This document shows, piece by piece, positions 9,637 through 19,035 of a stretch of 64,000 nucleotides of DNA. Under the pieces are notes generated by a model, which made no database searches, was not told the origin of the DNA, and saw only the letters and a list, made by a program, of their open reading frames with translations. The stretch is from Candidatus Enterousia sp. (lineage in GTDB: Bacteria > Pseudomonadota > Alphaproteobacteria > Rs-D84): contig JAZTWA010000016.1 of the NCBI GenBank assembly GCA_045635585.1, forward strand, positions 10,785 to 74,784, given 5' to 3'. Position 1 is the stretch's first letter, and every line of letters begins with the position of its first letter. The translations under genes were made by a program, and so were the position numbers.

Positions 9637-10022
9637 TTTGTGTGTTGTTGTTGCGCGACTTTAAACTTGATGTAATATGTTATCTTTGTCTGGTGTCAAT
9701 CTGTGGTGCAAATATATATAATTGCTGTCTTTTTGTTTCAGAATTATTTGTCATTATATTGTTTGTTATTGCGTCAATGTGTTCTTGATTACTTTTTGTG
9801 GTTATAAATTTCCTTTTGGTTTTGGTGTATTATATATGTCGATATTTTATTAAATTATTTATCAATATAGTCTTTATTGTTTTTTATGTGTGTACAATTA
9901 TGCAATTGTATATGTGGTATTGCGGTGATTTGTTCTGGTAATTTATTGCTTTTGTTTTATTTGCTTGTGATGTTAAAGGTGTTAACCGTTGCTTTTTTTA
10001 TGTTTTGATGTCTTTTTTATAC

Positions 10023-10052
10023 AAAAAAACCGCAGAAATCTGCGGTTTTTTT
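10023..10052. terminator. Orphan intrinsic terminator inside the ORF-free region
   Basis: A7-CCGCAG-AAAT-CTGCGG-T7 perfect hairpin. No annotated gene ends here. Confidence 0.6.
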
Positions 10053-10278
10053 GTGGTTTTTTGTAGGTTGGGGCGTATGTTGCCCCACTCTGGCCCGAAT
10101 TTTTTATCTGATTTTATGATTTGGGCACAGTTGTGATATTTTTTCAGCCAATGTGATTGCTTCTTCTGTGCATCTGATTTTTTACTGGGTATAACGTTAT
10201 TTAATATTTGATTGTGTTGGCATGTTTTGCACCCTATTTGTCGTATATATATATTTCATTGTTGTATTAAATAAAAAA

Positions 10279-10306
10279 TTGTCAAAGTTTTTTTGTGTGC
10301 TACAAT
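10279..10306 (+). promoter_or_regulatory. Putative sigma70-type promoter of tlyA
   Basis: TTGTCA-16 nt-TACAAT. The predicted TSS falls at or next to ATG 10314, so the mRNA may be leaderless. Confidence 0.4.
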
Positions 10307-10313
10307 GAATCTT

Positions 10314-11039
10314 ATGAGATTAGATCAAGCATTGGTTTTGCGTAATTTATACCCCAGTCGTGCCAAGGGGGTGACAGCGATTAATTCGGGATTGGTGCAT
10401 GTAAATGGGGTTGTAGCAAAAAAGCCAAGTCAAGATGTTTCTGATAATGATGATATTGTGGCGGGTGAATTGCCCTATTCTTCTGGGCGCGGAACATTAA
10501 AGTTGGTGCGTGCATTGGAATATTTTAATGTAAAACCAGATGGCTTTGCGTGTTTGGATGTCGGCGCCAGTACAGGTGGCTTTACCGAAGTATTATTAAA
10601 AAATGGGGCCGCGCGTATATATGCAGTTGATGTTGGAACAAATCAGTTAATTGAAGAATTGCGTAATAATCCACGTGTTGTGTCGATGGAACAGACGGAT
10701 ATTCGTACCCTGACCGTCCAGTCGTTGGTGGATTTGATTGTGATAGATGTATCTTTTATATCTTTGGTTGATATTGTGTCGGTTTTGCCACAATGGGGCG
10801 CGGAAACGATAATTGCACTGATTAAACCACAATTCGAAGTGCCGCGTGATGTGGCGGCAAAATATAATGGTGTTATTAAATCAGATGATTGGCATGAATA
10901 CGCAATTAATCGTGTTATAGATGCGTTTGAAAAATATGGATTTATTTCGGCGGGTATAACGGAATCGCCCATCAAAGGTGGCAGTGGAAATACAGAATTC
11001 TTGGCTTGTTTTAAATTGAAAAATAGTTCAACTTATTGA
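10314..11039 (+). CDS. tlyA: TlyA-family rRNA 2'-O-methyltransferase (hemolysin A family)
   Basis: N-terminal S4-like MRLDQALVLRNL..SRAKG..VHVNG and FtsJ-type SAM loop CLDVGASTGGFTEVLL. Start is ambiguous (10293 GTG, 10305 or 10314). Confidence 0.85.
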   Translation: MRLDQALVLRNLYPSRAKGVTAINSGLVHVNGVVAKKPSQDVSDNDDIVAGELPYSSGRGTLKLVRALEYFNVKPDGFACLDVGASTGGFTEVLLKNGAARIYAVDVGTNQLIEELRNNPRVVSMEQTDIRTLTVQSLVDLIVIDVSFISLVDIVSVLPQWGAETIIALIKPQFEVPRDVAAKYNGVIKSDDWHEYAINRVIDAFEKYGFISAGITESPIKGGSGNTEFLACFKLKNSSTY

Positions 11040-11044
11040 AATTA

Positions 11045-11368
11045 CTATTTTATCTTTTCTTTTTTAAGGGCTTTTTTATGTGCTTTTTTTATCAGTTTTT
11101 TGTATTCTTGTTGTGTGTAGGACATGTTGCTTGCAATTATGGCCATGGATATAGCCAAAAATGCCATTGTAATTGTGATTTCGTTACGTTCGTTTGCTGC
11201 TGATATTATCGCGGCAATGGTGGCCACTGCGGTGGTGCTATTTGCAAATATATTTGCGTATTTTGCCGTTTTATTCATTTTTTTCAGATGTTCTTCGAGT
11301 TGACGCAATTTTTTGGGGTTTTGTGTTCTGCAAATGTATGACTTAAATGTTTTTATTGATGTCATCAT
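11045..11368 (-). CDS. Hypothetical small membrane protein (two predicted TM helices)
   Basis: Start set at the internal ATG (MMTSIK) preceded by AGGGA. The longer track ORF (to 11479) would overlap the leuS promoter/start. K-rich tail. Confidence 0.5.
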   Translation of the reverse strand: MMTSIKTFKSYICRTQNPKKLRQLEEHLKKMNKTAKYANIFANSTTAVATIAAIISAANERNEITITMAFLAISMAIIASNMSYTQQEYKKLIKKAHKKALKKEKIK

Positions 11369-11493
11369 TATATCCCTGTGTCCGTTTGGGGTTAGTTTAA
11401 TGTTTTGTGTCAAATTTGCAAGGTTTTTCTTGAATTTTTGGGCAGTTGCCGCTATGATTGGGGTATGTGTTTTTAACAATAGGGATTAGTATT

Positions 11494-13890
11494 ATGGCAG
11501 AAGATATCAAAAAAATTCACGAACGTGAGGCAAAATGGCAAAAACGCTGGGCGGATGCACGTGCATTCGTGCCGAAAAACGATGGGAAAAAGCCAAAGTA
11601 TTATAATTTGATTGAATTTCCATTTCCAAGTGGTTCGGGATTGCATGTTGGGCATATGTTGCCATATACAGGTATGGATGTTATGGCACGCTTTCGTAGA
11701 AATCGTGGTTTTGATGTTCTGTTTCCGATTGGGTATGACTCAATGGGGATTTCGTCTGAAAACTATGCAACCAAGATTGGCAAACATCCCAGTGAATCTG
11801 TGGCGGAATTAATTAAGATTTTTGAACGTGATATTTCGATAATGGGTTTGTCTTTTGATCCAGAATCCAAGGTTTCCACATCCGATCCAGAATTCATCAA
11901 ATGGACCCAGTGGATGTTTATTCAGTTTTTCAAGGCTGGGTTGGCGTACAAGTCTGAATTACCAATGAATTGGTGTCCGGCGTGCAAAACAAACCTGACC
12001 AATGAAGAGCTGGAAGACGGTTGTTGTGAACGTTGTCATGGGCCGGTTGAAAAGAAAATGAAACTGCAATGGAATTTAGCGATTACAAAATATGCGGATC
12101 GCTTGATTGATGATTTGGTGCATGTTGACTATCCAGAACGTGTAAAAACAGAACAAATTAACTGGATTGGTCGTTCATATGGGGCAGATGTTGACTTTAT
12201 GGTCGGTGATGACAAGATGACTGTTTACACAACGCGTATTGATACGATATTTGGTGTGACATTTTGTGTGATTGCGCCAGAACACGCATTGGTAAAAAAG
12301 TGGATTGATGACGGAAAAATCAAAAACGTGGATGCAGTAAATGAATATATTGCCGCCGCACGTGCAAAATCTGAGTTTGAACGCACTGATGTTACCAAAG
12401 AAAAGACAGGTGTTCGCTTGGATGGTGTTATGGCAAAAAATCCATTTAATGGTCGTGAAATACCAATCTTTATTTCAGACTATGTTCTGGCGGACTATGG
12501 ATTTGGCGCGATTATGGCGGTGCCGGCGCATGACGGTCGTGACTGGGATTTTGCAAAAAAGTTTGGGTTGGAAATTATTCCGGTTTTGGCGGGTGGCGAA
12601 CCTGATAAAGTTTGGGAAGGCGATGGTGAACATATTAATTCAGACTTTTTGAATGGTTTGGGTAAAGAAGATGCAATTGCGGCGGCAATTAAATATGGAA
12701 CCGAACATGGGTTTGCACGTGGTACAAAAAAGTATAAATTAAAAGACTGGGGGTTTTCACGCCAGATGTATTGGGGCGAACCGATTCCATTGGTGTATTG
12801 TGAAAAGTGTGGCTGGGTACCGGTGCCAGAATCTGAGTTGCCGTTGATGCAGCCATATATGGCGGACTATAAGCCAACCGATGATGGTGAGGGTCCCCTG
12901 GCCCGTGCAACAGATTGGGTAAACACAACATGTCCGCATTGTGGTGCGCCAGCCAAACGTGAAACAGATACTATGCCACAGTGGGCGGGGTCGTCATGGT
13001 ACTTTATGCGCTATTTAGATTCCAAAAATAATGACGAATTCTGTTCCAGGGGCCAGCTAGACAAATGGATGCCGGTTGATCACTATAATGGTGGTATGGA
13101 ACATACGACGCGTCATTTGCTGTATTCGCGATTCTGGTACAAGGCGTTGGCAGATTTAGGATTTGTACCCGGGGTTGAGCCATACAAGAAACGTACCAGC
13201 AATGGTCTGATTATGGCGGCAGATGGTTCAAAAATGTCAAAGTCGCGCGGTAATACAGTGCCCAGTTCGGATGTTGTTGCGCGCAGTGGTGCGGATGCAT
13301 GTCGTTTGGCTATTTTGTATCTGGGGCCATGGGAACAAAGTGCAAATTGGTCCGAGGATACATTGCGTGGGGTTGAACGTTTCTTGAAACGTGTGGAAAA
13401 TTTGTCGGATAACTTGACGGACGACCCGATGACAGCGGATCAGGAACGCCTGATGCACAAATTAATCGCAGATGTAACAGAACGATTGGAAAATATGAAG
13501 TTTAATACCGCAATTTCTGCGATGATGGAATATATCAATGCGTTTGGGGGTAAAATGCCCCGCCCTGCGTACCAAACTTTATTGCAGGTATTAAATCCAT
13601 TTGCGCCGCATTTGACCGAAGAAATGTGGGAAAAACTGGGTAATACAGAAATGTTGGCGTTGTCGGATTGGCCAACATTTGATGCCGCAAAGCTGGTTGA
13701 AACAGAAATGACAATTGTGGCATCTGTTAATGGAAAACGTGGTGCAGAATTTACAGCACCTGTTGATGTTGACGAAGATGCGCTGGTCGAAATGGCGAAA
13801 AGTGCATTAGGTTCCAAATTAGATGGTGTAACAATAATTAAAACAATTGTAGTTCCCAAAAAATTGGTGAATTTTGTAGTCAAAAAGTAA
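11494..13890 (+). CDS. leuS: Leucine--tRNA ligase
   Basis: HIGH-type motif GLHVGHMLPY, KMSKS (GSKMSKSRGN), and a CP1 editing insertion. Start at ATG 11494 (MAEDIKK). Confidence 0.95.
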   Translation: MAEDIKKIHEREAKWQKRWADARAFVPKNDGKKPKYYNLIEFPFPSGSGLHVGHMLPYTGMDVMARFRRNRGFDVLFPIGYDSMGISSENYATKIGKHPSESVAELIKIFERDISIMGLSFDPESKVSTSDPEFIKWTQWMFIQFFKAGLAYKSELPMNWCPACKTNLTNEELEDGCCERCHGPVEKKMKLQWNLAITKYADRLIDDLVHVDYPERVKTEQINWIGRSYGADVDFMVGDDKMTVYTTRIDTIFGVTFCVIAPEHALVKKWIDDGKIKNVDAVNEYIAAARAKSEFERTDVTKEKTGVRLDGVMAKNPFNGREIPIFISDYVLADYGFGAIMAVPAHDGRDWDFAKKFGLEIIPVLAGGEPDKVWEGDGEHINSDFLNGLGKEDAIAAAIKYGTEHGFARGTKKYKLKDWGFSRQMYWGEPIPLVYCEKCGWVPVPESELPLMQPYMADYKPTDDGEGPLARATDWVNTTCPHCGAPAKRETDTMPQWAGSSWYFMRYLDSKNNDEFCSRGQLDKWMPVDHYNGGMEHTTRHLLYSRFWYKALADLGFVPGVEPYKKRTSNGLIMAADGSKMSKSRGNTVPSSDVVARSGADACRLAILYLGPWEQSANWSEDTLRGVERFLKRVENLSDNLTDDPMTADQERLMHKLIADVTERLENMKFNTAISAMMEYINAFGGKMPRPAYQTLLQVLNPFAPHLTEEMWEKLGNTEMLALSDWPTFDAAKLVETEMTIVASVNGKRGAEFTAPVDVDEDALVEMAKSALGSKLDGVTIIKTIVVPKKLVNFVVKK

Positions 13891-13898
13891 AAAGAGTA

Positions 13899-13926
13899 AA
13901 AAAAATCCCCGTTTTGGGGATTTTTA
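13899..13926. terminator. Bidirectional intrinsic terminator
   Basis: A-run, ATCCCC-GTTTT-GGGGAT, then T-run, between convergent leuS and a minus-strand ORF. Confidence 0.65.
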
Positions 13927-14358
13927 TTTTTGTTTTGCGGATAGTGTTTTAATCATATTATGTATTTGCTGGTTGTTATCACTTGCGTAAAGTTGGTGGT
14001 TTAGACGCAATTTTGCAATATCAAACAGTTCAAAAAATTGTCTTTCGCATATACGTTCAAATATGCGAATTGGATTATATTTGAATTTATTAAATCCGTT
14101 GCCGACGGTATGTTTTGTGTGGGCGATATATTCCATGTCACCGTTTTGTAATAATATGTGTCCTTTATTATTGCCCATATTAAATTTTTTGTTTGCATAT
14201 GGTGCAAAGATGGTCAATTTTATTTTTCCGTATAATTTATTATTTGTTTCAATAAGGTAGCATGCTTTATACATATCGCTGCAATTCTGTATGCCCATAT
14301 AATCGTTGGAAATAATTGCTGTTGCAATGTCGTATGCTTGTTTGATGCTTATATTCAT
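13924..14358 (-). CDS. Hypothetical protein (144 aa)
   Basis: Last gene of the minus-strand operon. Start set at ATG 14358 (MNISIKQ) to avoid overlapping rpiB. No known motif. Confidence 0.5.
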   Translation of the reverse strand: MNISIKQAYDIATAIISNDYMGIQNCSDMYKACYLIETNNKLYGKIKLTIFAPYANKKFNMGNNKGHILLQNGDMEYIAHTKHTVGNGFNKFKYNPIRIFERICERQFFELFDIAKLRLNHQLYASDNNQQIHNMIKTLSAKQK

Positions 14359-14377
14359 ATATGTTCTCTTTATTCTT

Positions 14378-14824
14378 TTATGATATTTTTTCAATGCGAT
14401 GGATGCGACGATCGATTGCATCAAATGGACTTTCCAAGAATGTTTGTGCGCATAAAAAAGCAATTTCTATATCAATGTCATCTGCCGCCAATGCCAAAAC
14501 GTTGATGTCATCATGAAAGCGATCGTCGCGCGCCTGATTTGGATTGGAACAACGTGATGCACGAATATGACGGTAACGATTTGCCGCAATCATTACGCCG
14601 GCACCTGTACCACAAATAATAATTCCACGCGCATCTTTGGTGTCCAACATTGCGTCGGCCAAAGTGGCGGCAATATCTGGATAATCCACAGATGTGTTTG
14701 GGTCGTCAACCCCCAAGTTTACGACGTTATAACCTGCTGCCGCCAACATTTCAATCAGGTATAGTTTTAATCCAACGCCACGATGGTCGGCTGCGATAAA
14801 TACTTTGGATACAGTTTTATTCAT
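14378..14824 (-). CDS. rpiB: Ribose-5-phosphate isomerase B
   Basis: RpiB/LacAB family blocks: FIAADHRGV, IIICGTGAGVMIAANR. ATGA overlap with the bactofilin stop. Confidence 0.88.
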   Translation of the reverse strand: MNKTVSKVFIAADHRGVGLKLYLIEMLAAAGYNVVNLGVDDPNTSVDYPDIAATLADAMLDTKDARGIIICGTGAGVMIAANRYRHIRASRCSNPNQARDDRFHDDINVLALAADDIDIEIAFLCAQTFLESPFDAIDRRIHRIEKIS

Positions 14825-15171
14825 TTTTCTTCTTCCTTTCGTTTTGATAATTTGCAATCCAGTCCCATATTGCCTGTTATGTTTAATGTGCGATATGACA
14901 GTGTGCCAGTCATTTTGGCGGCATTAAAGATATTTGCAGTGTTTACAATTGCTTGGCCATCCAGTGTGCCATGTAAAAATAATACAGGTGTGCGTATTTC
15001 GCCAATAACATATCCGCCACGCCCAATGACCACCGTATCAGCAATAATGTTACCATGAACTTCACCATGGATTTGTACGGTATGATCTGTTTTTATGTCG
15101 CCTGTTAATTTGCACCCTGCCCCAATAATGGTGGGTGATTGTTTTTCTGTTGCGTTTGTAAATGCCAGCAT
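14821..15171 (-). CDS. Bactofilin (DUF583 polymer-forming cytoskeletal protein)
   Basis: 116 aa. Beta-helical repeats IIGAGCKLTGDIKTD / VQIHGEVHGNIIAD / VVIGRGGYVIGEI and a K/E tail. Confidence 0.85.
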   Translation of the reverse strand: MLAFTNATEKQSPTIIGAGCKLTGDIKTDHTVQIHGEVHGNIIADTVVIGRGGYVIGEIRTPVLFLHGTLDGQAIVNTANIFNAAKMTGTLSYRTLNITGNMGLDCKLSKRKEEEK

Positions 15172-15172
15172 T

Positions 15173-16450
15173 TTATTCTTCCTTTACAAATTTTGATGGA
15201 TCAAATGGTGCGCCTTTGTATCTGATTTCATAATGCAGATGTGGCCCAGTGGAACGGCCAGACGAACCTGCCAGACCAATTACTGTTCCGGGACGTACCC
15301 AATCCCCGCGTGAAACCAATATTTGTGATAAATGTGCATAAAGTGTGGTAAAGCCCAATCCATGATCAATTTCAACCGTTGTGCCATAACCAACACGTTC
15401 GCCCGCCGATACCACACGCCCAGGGGCCACAGCCATTAATTCTGTGCCAATTTTACCAGAAAAGTCAATTCCACGGTGTTTCTTTGGTTTGCCAGTGAAT
15501 GGGTCGTTACGTGTGCCGAATTCAGATGTTATGCGTGATTTTACGGGTTTGCCCAATGGTAAAACTTCGTTTAGTCTTTTTAAGCCATTCCAGCGTTCCA
15601 GACCATCGGCCAATTTTTGATATTTTTCATCCAATGTTTTGTCAAACTCAATTGGGGTAAAAGCGGAACCCACCAGCGGACTGGTGTATTTATTTGCGTT
15701 GCGTATTAAACTGCTTTCATTTAGGCCCAATGCAATTAATGTGCTGTTGATGCGTTTAATGTTTTTGTTTAATTCTTCGGTATTGTTTTTGGTTAATGAT
15801 GTAACTGTATCAACGATGATGTTGTCGGCACTGACAATTTCGGCCATAGATTCAATTATTTGTGTGTTGCGCTTTTTTAATTCTTCGTTTTCTGCGCGTG
15901 TTAATTCATATTCGGCGGATAATTCAGATAATTTTGTGTATTCTGGTGTAAATTCTTCGTTCTTTAACATTTCAACGATGCGTGTGCGCAAAAAGTCTAG
16001 TTCGCCCCATGTTTTTATACGGCTGTTCATCAATTTTTCTTTGGACTTTTTATCCAGTTTTTCTGAATTTAATACCTTGTCGTCAATTACATTCAAATCA
16101 CGAACCAAATCATTATATTTTGTTAGATATGCTTGCAGTTCACTCATATGTCTGGTGTGGGTGGTACGCGCTTCTTCCAATTGTTGTGTGCGTTTTTGTA
16201 ATAATGGGCGATGATATACAAATACATATGTTGACCAAGATGCCCACAGTATTAAGCCAATCTTTCCACAAAAACGAGTGAAACGCCAAAAGCTGCTTTG
16301 ATCAAAAGTGTACACATTGCCGCGTGGTGTATCCATAACCGTAAATTGTCGTGATGGAAAGATATGGGTAATTAACCGCCACACCGCACGAAATGGCGAT
16401 GTTATAAATGCCCAAAGAGATGTAAAATATCGTGTTATAAAATTTATCAT
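15173..16450 (-). CDS. Membrane-anchored coiled-coil M23 (LytM-domain) peptidase
   Basis: N-terminal TM, long coiled coil, and C-terminal HRGIDFSG...DHGLGFTTLYAHL...GPHLHYEIR. Confidence 0.88.
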   Translation of the reverse strand: MINFITRYFTSLWAFITSPFRAVWRLITHIFPSRQFTVMDTPRGNVYTFDQSSFWRFTRFCGKIGLILWASWSTYVFVYHRPLLQKRTQQLEEARTTHTRHMSELQAYLTKYNDLVRDLNVIDDKVLNSEKLDKKSKEKLMNSRIKTWGELDFLRTRIVEMLKNEEFTPEYTKLSELSAEYELTRAENEELKKRNTQIIESMAEIVSADNIIVDTVTSLTKNNTEELNKNIKRINSTLIALGLNESSLIRNANKYTSPLVGSAFTPIEFDKTLDEKYQKLADGLERWNGLKRLNEVLPLGKPVKSRITSEFGTRNDPFTGKPKKHRGIDFSGKIGTELMAVAPGRVVSAGERVGYGTTVEIDHGLGFTTLYAHLSQILVSRGDWVRPGTVIGLAGSSGRSTGPHLHYEIRYKGAPFDPSKFVKEE

Positions 16451-17130
16451 TTCTGGGCCAGTTTAGACAAAAAATCTTGGATAGTCAAGCCGTCGCGCAA
16501 AATTGGGTCGCAATTCATTGATAGACCAGAATGTAAAATTGATATACCACGTGTGCCCAGTTTGCCGGATATTAAAACGCGTTCGGCGGTGTTCTTGGCG
16601 CCAAATAGTGGGAATATTGTGATGTCGCCCAGTTTTTTTGACATCTCTGATATTACGCAAGATATTGTTGATGCGTCGGTTATTATGCAAAATGTTCCCA
16701 TTGGACGGACGCGCGCGATACATCGTGATATCCATGTGGACATATCTGCATTGTGATGTGCATCGTGCTTGGCAGGTGTGCCATTAAAGTATGGTGGGTT
16801 TGTAACAACCAAATCAAATGTTCGATTGGTGCGCCATGTATATATACTATTGTGTATTAATTCAATCTCAGTATTGTTTAATTTTGCATTGTTGTTGCAT
16901 ACGCTTAACATGTCGTCAGATGTGTCAAGCCCCGTTATTTTCGCGTTTGGGTTGTGGGCATGAATACACAATGATACCCCCCCCGTTCCGATGCCAACAT
17001 CCAGTATATCTTTTGCCGTTTGTGGTGCGAATGCAGCCAACCAGACCGCATCAGATGTAGGGTTATAATGACTGCGGTACATTTTTACGTGGCCGCCCAT
17101 CAGGGTAAAAATTTCTTGTTTTGTGTTCAT
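16447..17130 (-). CDS. SAM-dependent N6-adenine methyltransferase (TrmN6/YfiC-like)
   Basis: SAM loop ILDVGIGTGGVS and NPPY motif (LVVTNPPYF). 4-nt overlap with the downstream M23 gene. Confidence 0.75.
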   Translation of the reverse strand: MNTKQEIFTLMGGHVKMYRSHYNPTSDAVWLAAFAPQTAKDILDVGIGTGGVSLCIHAHNPNAKITGLDTSDDMLSVCNNNAKLNNTEIELIHNSIYTWRTNRTFDLVVTNPPYFNGTPAKHDAHHNADMSTWISRCIARVRPMGTFCIITDASTISCVISEMSKKLGDITIFPLFGAKNTAERVLISGKLGTRGISILHSGLSMNCDPILRDGLTIQDFLSKLAQK

Positions 17131-17170
17131 TGCTAATTATAATAATGCATTGAAATTAAAAGGCAAGTTT

Positions 17171-18157
17171 ATGTTAGAAGATATTACTGTTGTTCAAAGT
17201 GCAATCAGTGCGTTTAATAATGCGGCATTGTGGGCGCCTGCGTTTTTATGGTGGGCAATATTGATGTTGCCTTTGTTTGTTGTGGCGTTTTGGTGCGCAG
17301 ATGCGATAGTTACGCGTTTGGGTTGGACCAAGGATATGGTTCTGGAACGTGCAACAATGTGGACAGCTGGGCTGACGTTATTATGGGTTGTCTTGTTTGG
17401 TGGTAATTATAGTGTATTACGCGATGCTTTGTCTGTATTGCCAATGATGGTTGCGACAATTGTTTTTTTGACTTCTTTGTTCTGTTCTTCGCATTTGCGT
17501 ACGGTGCCGTTATCTATACGTGGGTGGCGTTTGTGGGGCGGATTTGGAATAGCGGTATTAGTAATTGGTTTGTCAAATATGTATTCATGGTGGGGGGCAA
17601 TTGTGCAGGTCGTTGCATTTGTTGCGGGCATTGTTTTGGGACGTTTTGCGCGTGCGGATATGCGTACAATTGCTGGTTCCGTCTTGATTATATTGACTGT
17701 TGCGGTGGCAATTTTGATGCAACCAGAATTTTTTAGGTTCGGACAATTAGGAAATTTAACGGTGTCGCACCTGATTGCAATGTTGGTCTTGGGGGGATTG
17801 GCGGCGATGTCGGTGGCATTATTTAATGTGCGACCAATGGGTAAACTTAGAAATGTTGTATATATTAAATTAAAGTGGTTGATGCGTGTTGTGTGTGCAT
17901 TGGCAATGGCTTTGTTCTTGTTGACTGAAGCGGTGCCAGTGTTTTTAGTGGCAGTTTGTGCGATATTTTTGTCGGTTGCACTTTCTGTATGGCACATGGG
18001 TGCGCTGGACGTACGAATGGGGTATTCGGTTTTTGCATGTTTGCTGATGCAATATGGTGTGATTATGACGATGCCTGTTGTTACAGTTTTGGGGATTTTG
18101 TTGTGGCATAATTATCGTGTCGATGGTTTTGGTCGAAAAATCCGCGGTTTGTTATAA
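17171..18157 (+). CDS. Polytopic inner-membrane protein, unknown function
   Basis: About 9-10 hydrophobic helices and no known motif. Start set at ATG 17171. Confidence 0.55.
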   Translation: MLEDITVVQSAISAFNNAALWAPAFLWWAILMLPLFVVAFWCADAIVTRLGWTKDMVLERATMWTAGLTLLWVVLFGGNYSVLRDALSVLPMMVATIVFLTSLFCSSHLRTVPLSIRGWRLWGGFGIAVLVIGLSNMYSWWGAIVQVVAFVAGIVLGRFARADMRTIAGSVLIILTVAVAILMQPEFFRFGQLGNLTVSHLIAMLVLGGLAAMSVALFNVRPMGKLRNVVYIKLKWLMRVVCALAMALFLLTEAVPVFLVAVCAIFLSVALSVWHMGALDVRMGYSVFACLLMQYGVIMTMPVVTVLGILLWHNYRVDGFGRKIRGLL

Positions 18158-18237
18158 TTTGTTATATTTCTTTAATACCAATTTTTGCTGAGATAATGTA
18201 ATATCTGCTTAGTAATACTGAAAAAAGTGAGTTTATT

Positions 18238-19035
18238 ATGGCAGTACATCCAACAGCGATTATTCATGAAGGTGCCCAGATTGGTGCAGACTGTAAGATT
18301 GGTCCATATTGTGTTGTGGGACCGAATGTTATTTTGGGCGATAGGGTTGAATTGGTTTCACATGTTGTAATTGATGGAAAAACATCGATTGGTGATGATT
18401 CTATTGTTTACCCTTTTGCGGTTTTGGGCGTGATGAGTCAGGATTTAAAGTGGCAAGATGAATCAACAATGACGGGTTTGCGTATTGGAAAGCGTTGCAG
18501 AATTCGTGAATATGCAACAATTCATTCTGGAACACCGGCATCAGATGGAACAGTTATTGGTGATGACTGTCAGATTATGGTTAATGCGCACGTTGGACAT
18601 GATTGTAAGGTTGGTAATAGTGTCGTTATGTCAAATTTGGTTCAAGTTGCAGGACATGTGGAAATAGAAGATTTTGCAATTTTGTCTGGTGGTACAATGG
18701 TATTGCAGTTTGCGCGTATTGGACGTAATGCATTTATTGGTGGTATGTCGGGTGTTGGTAATGATGTTTTACCATATGCAATATATGATGGTGGGCGTGC
18801 TGTATATCGTACTATTAATCGTGTTGGTTTAATGCGCCATGGATTTACAAATGAAGATATGCATGCGATTCATACCGTATATTCTGCGGTATTTCGTGGT
18901 GGCGAAGGTACGGTGTCTGATCGATTGGCCAAAGTGCGTAAAGAAGTTAAAAATAATAAATATGCAATGGATGCAATTGATTTTATAGAAAACCGTTCAA
19001 AACGTGGAATTGGTACATCAAAGAATGCAGAATAA
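18238..19035 (+). CDS. lpxA: Acyl-ACP--UDP-N-acetylglucosamine O-acyltransferase
   Basis: Hexapeptide left-handed beta-helix (VHPTAIIHEGAQIGADCKIGPYCVVG...) plus the C-terminal helical domain typical of LpxA. Confidence 0.92.
   Translation: MAVHPTAIIHEGAQIGADCKIGPYCVVGPNVILGDRVELVSHVVIDGKTSIGDDSIVYPFAVLGVMSQDLKWQDESTMTGLRIGKRCRIREYATIHSGTPASDGTVIGDDCQIMVNAHVGHDCKVGNSVVMSNLVQVAGHVEIEDFAILSGGTMVLQFARIGRNAFIGGMSGVGNDVLPYAIYDGGRAVYRTINRVGLMRHGFTNEDMHAIHTVYSAVFRGGEGTVSDRLAKVRKEVKNNKYAMDAIDFIENRSKRGIGTSKNAE

Noticed and set aside
13924-14463. The long form of the hypothetical ORF (start 14463), and similarly extended track starts for rpiB (14857), rplM (45787), lpxB (19004) and 49630-50607.
   Set aside because: The extended N-termini overlap the upstream genes. 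Internal ATGs give canonical N-termini or signal peptides and tight operon junctions.
15639-16214. The 191-aa plus-strand ORF, and many other ORFs of 60 aa or more lying antisense within leuS, secA, dnaE, tig, argS and the autotransporter.
   Set aside because: They are entirely nested antisense in genes with strong family motifs, have low-complexity translations and have no RBS. They are typical shadow ORFs.
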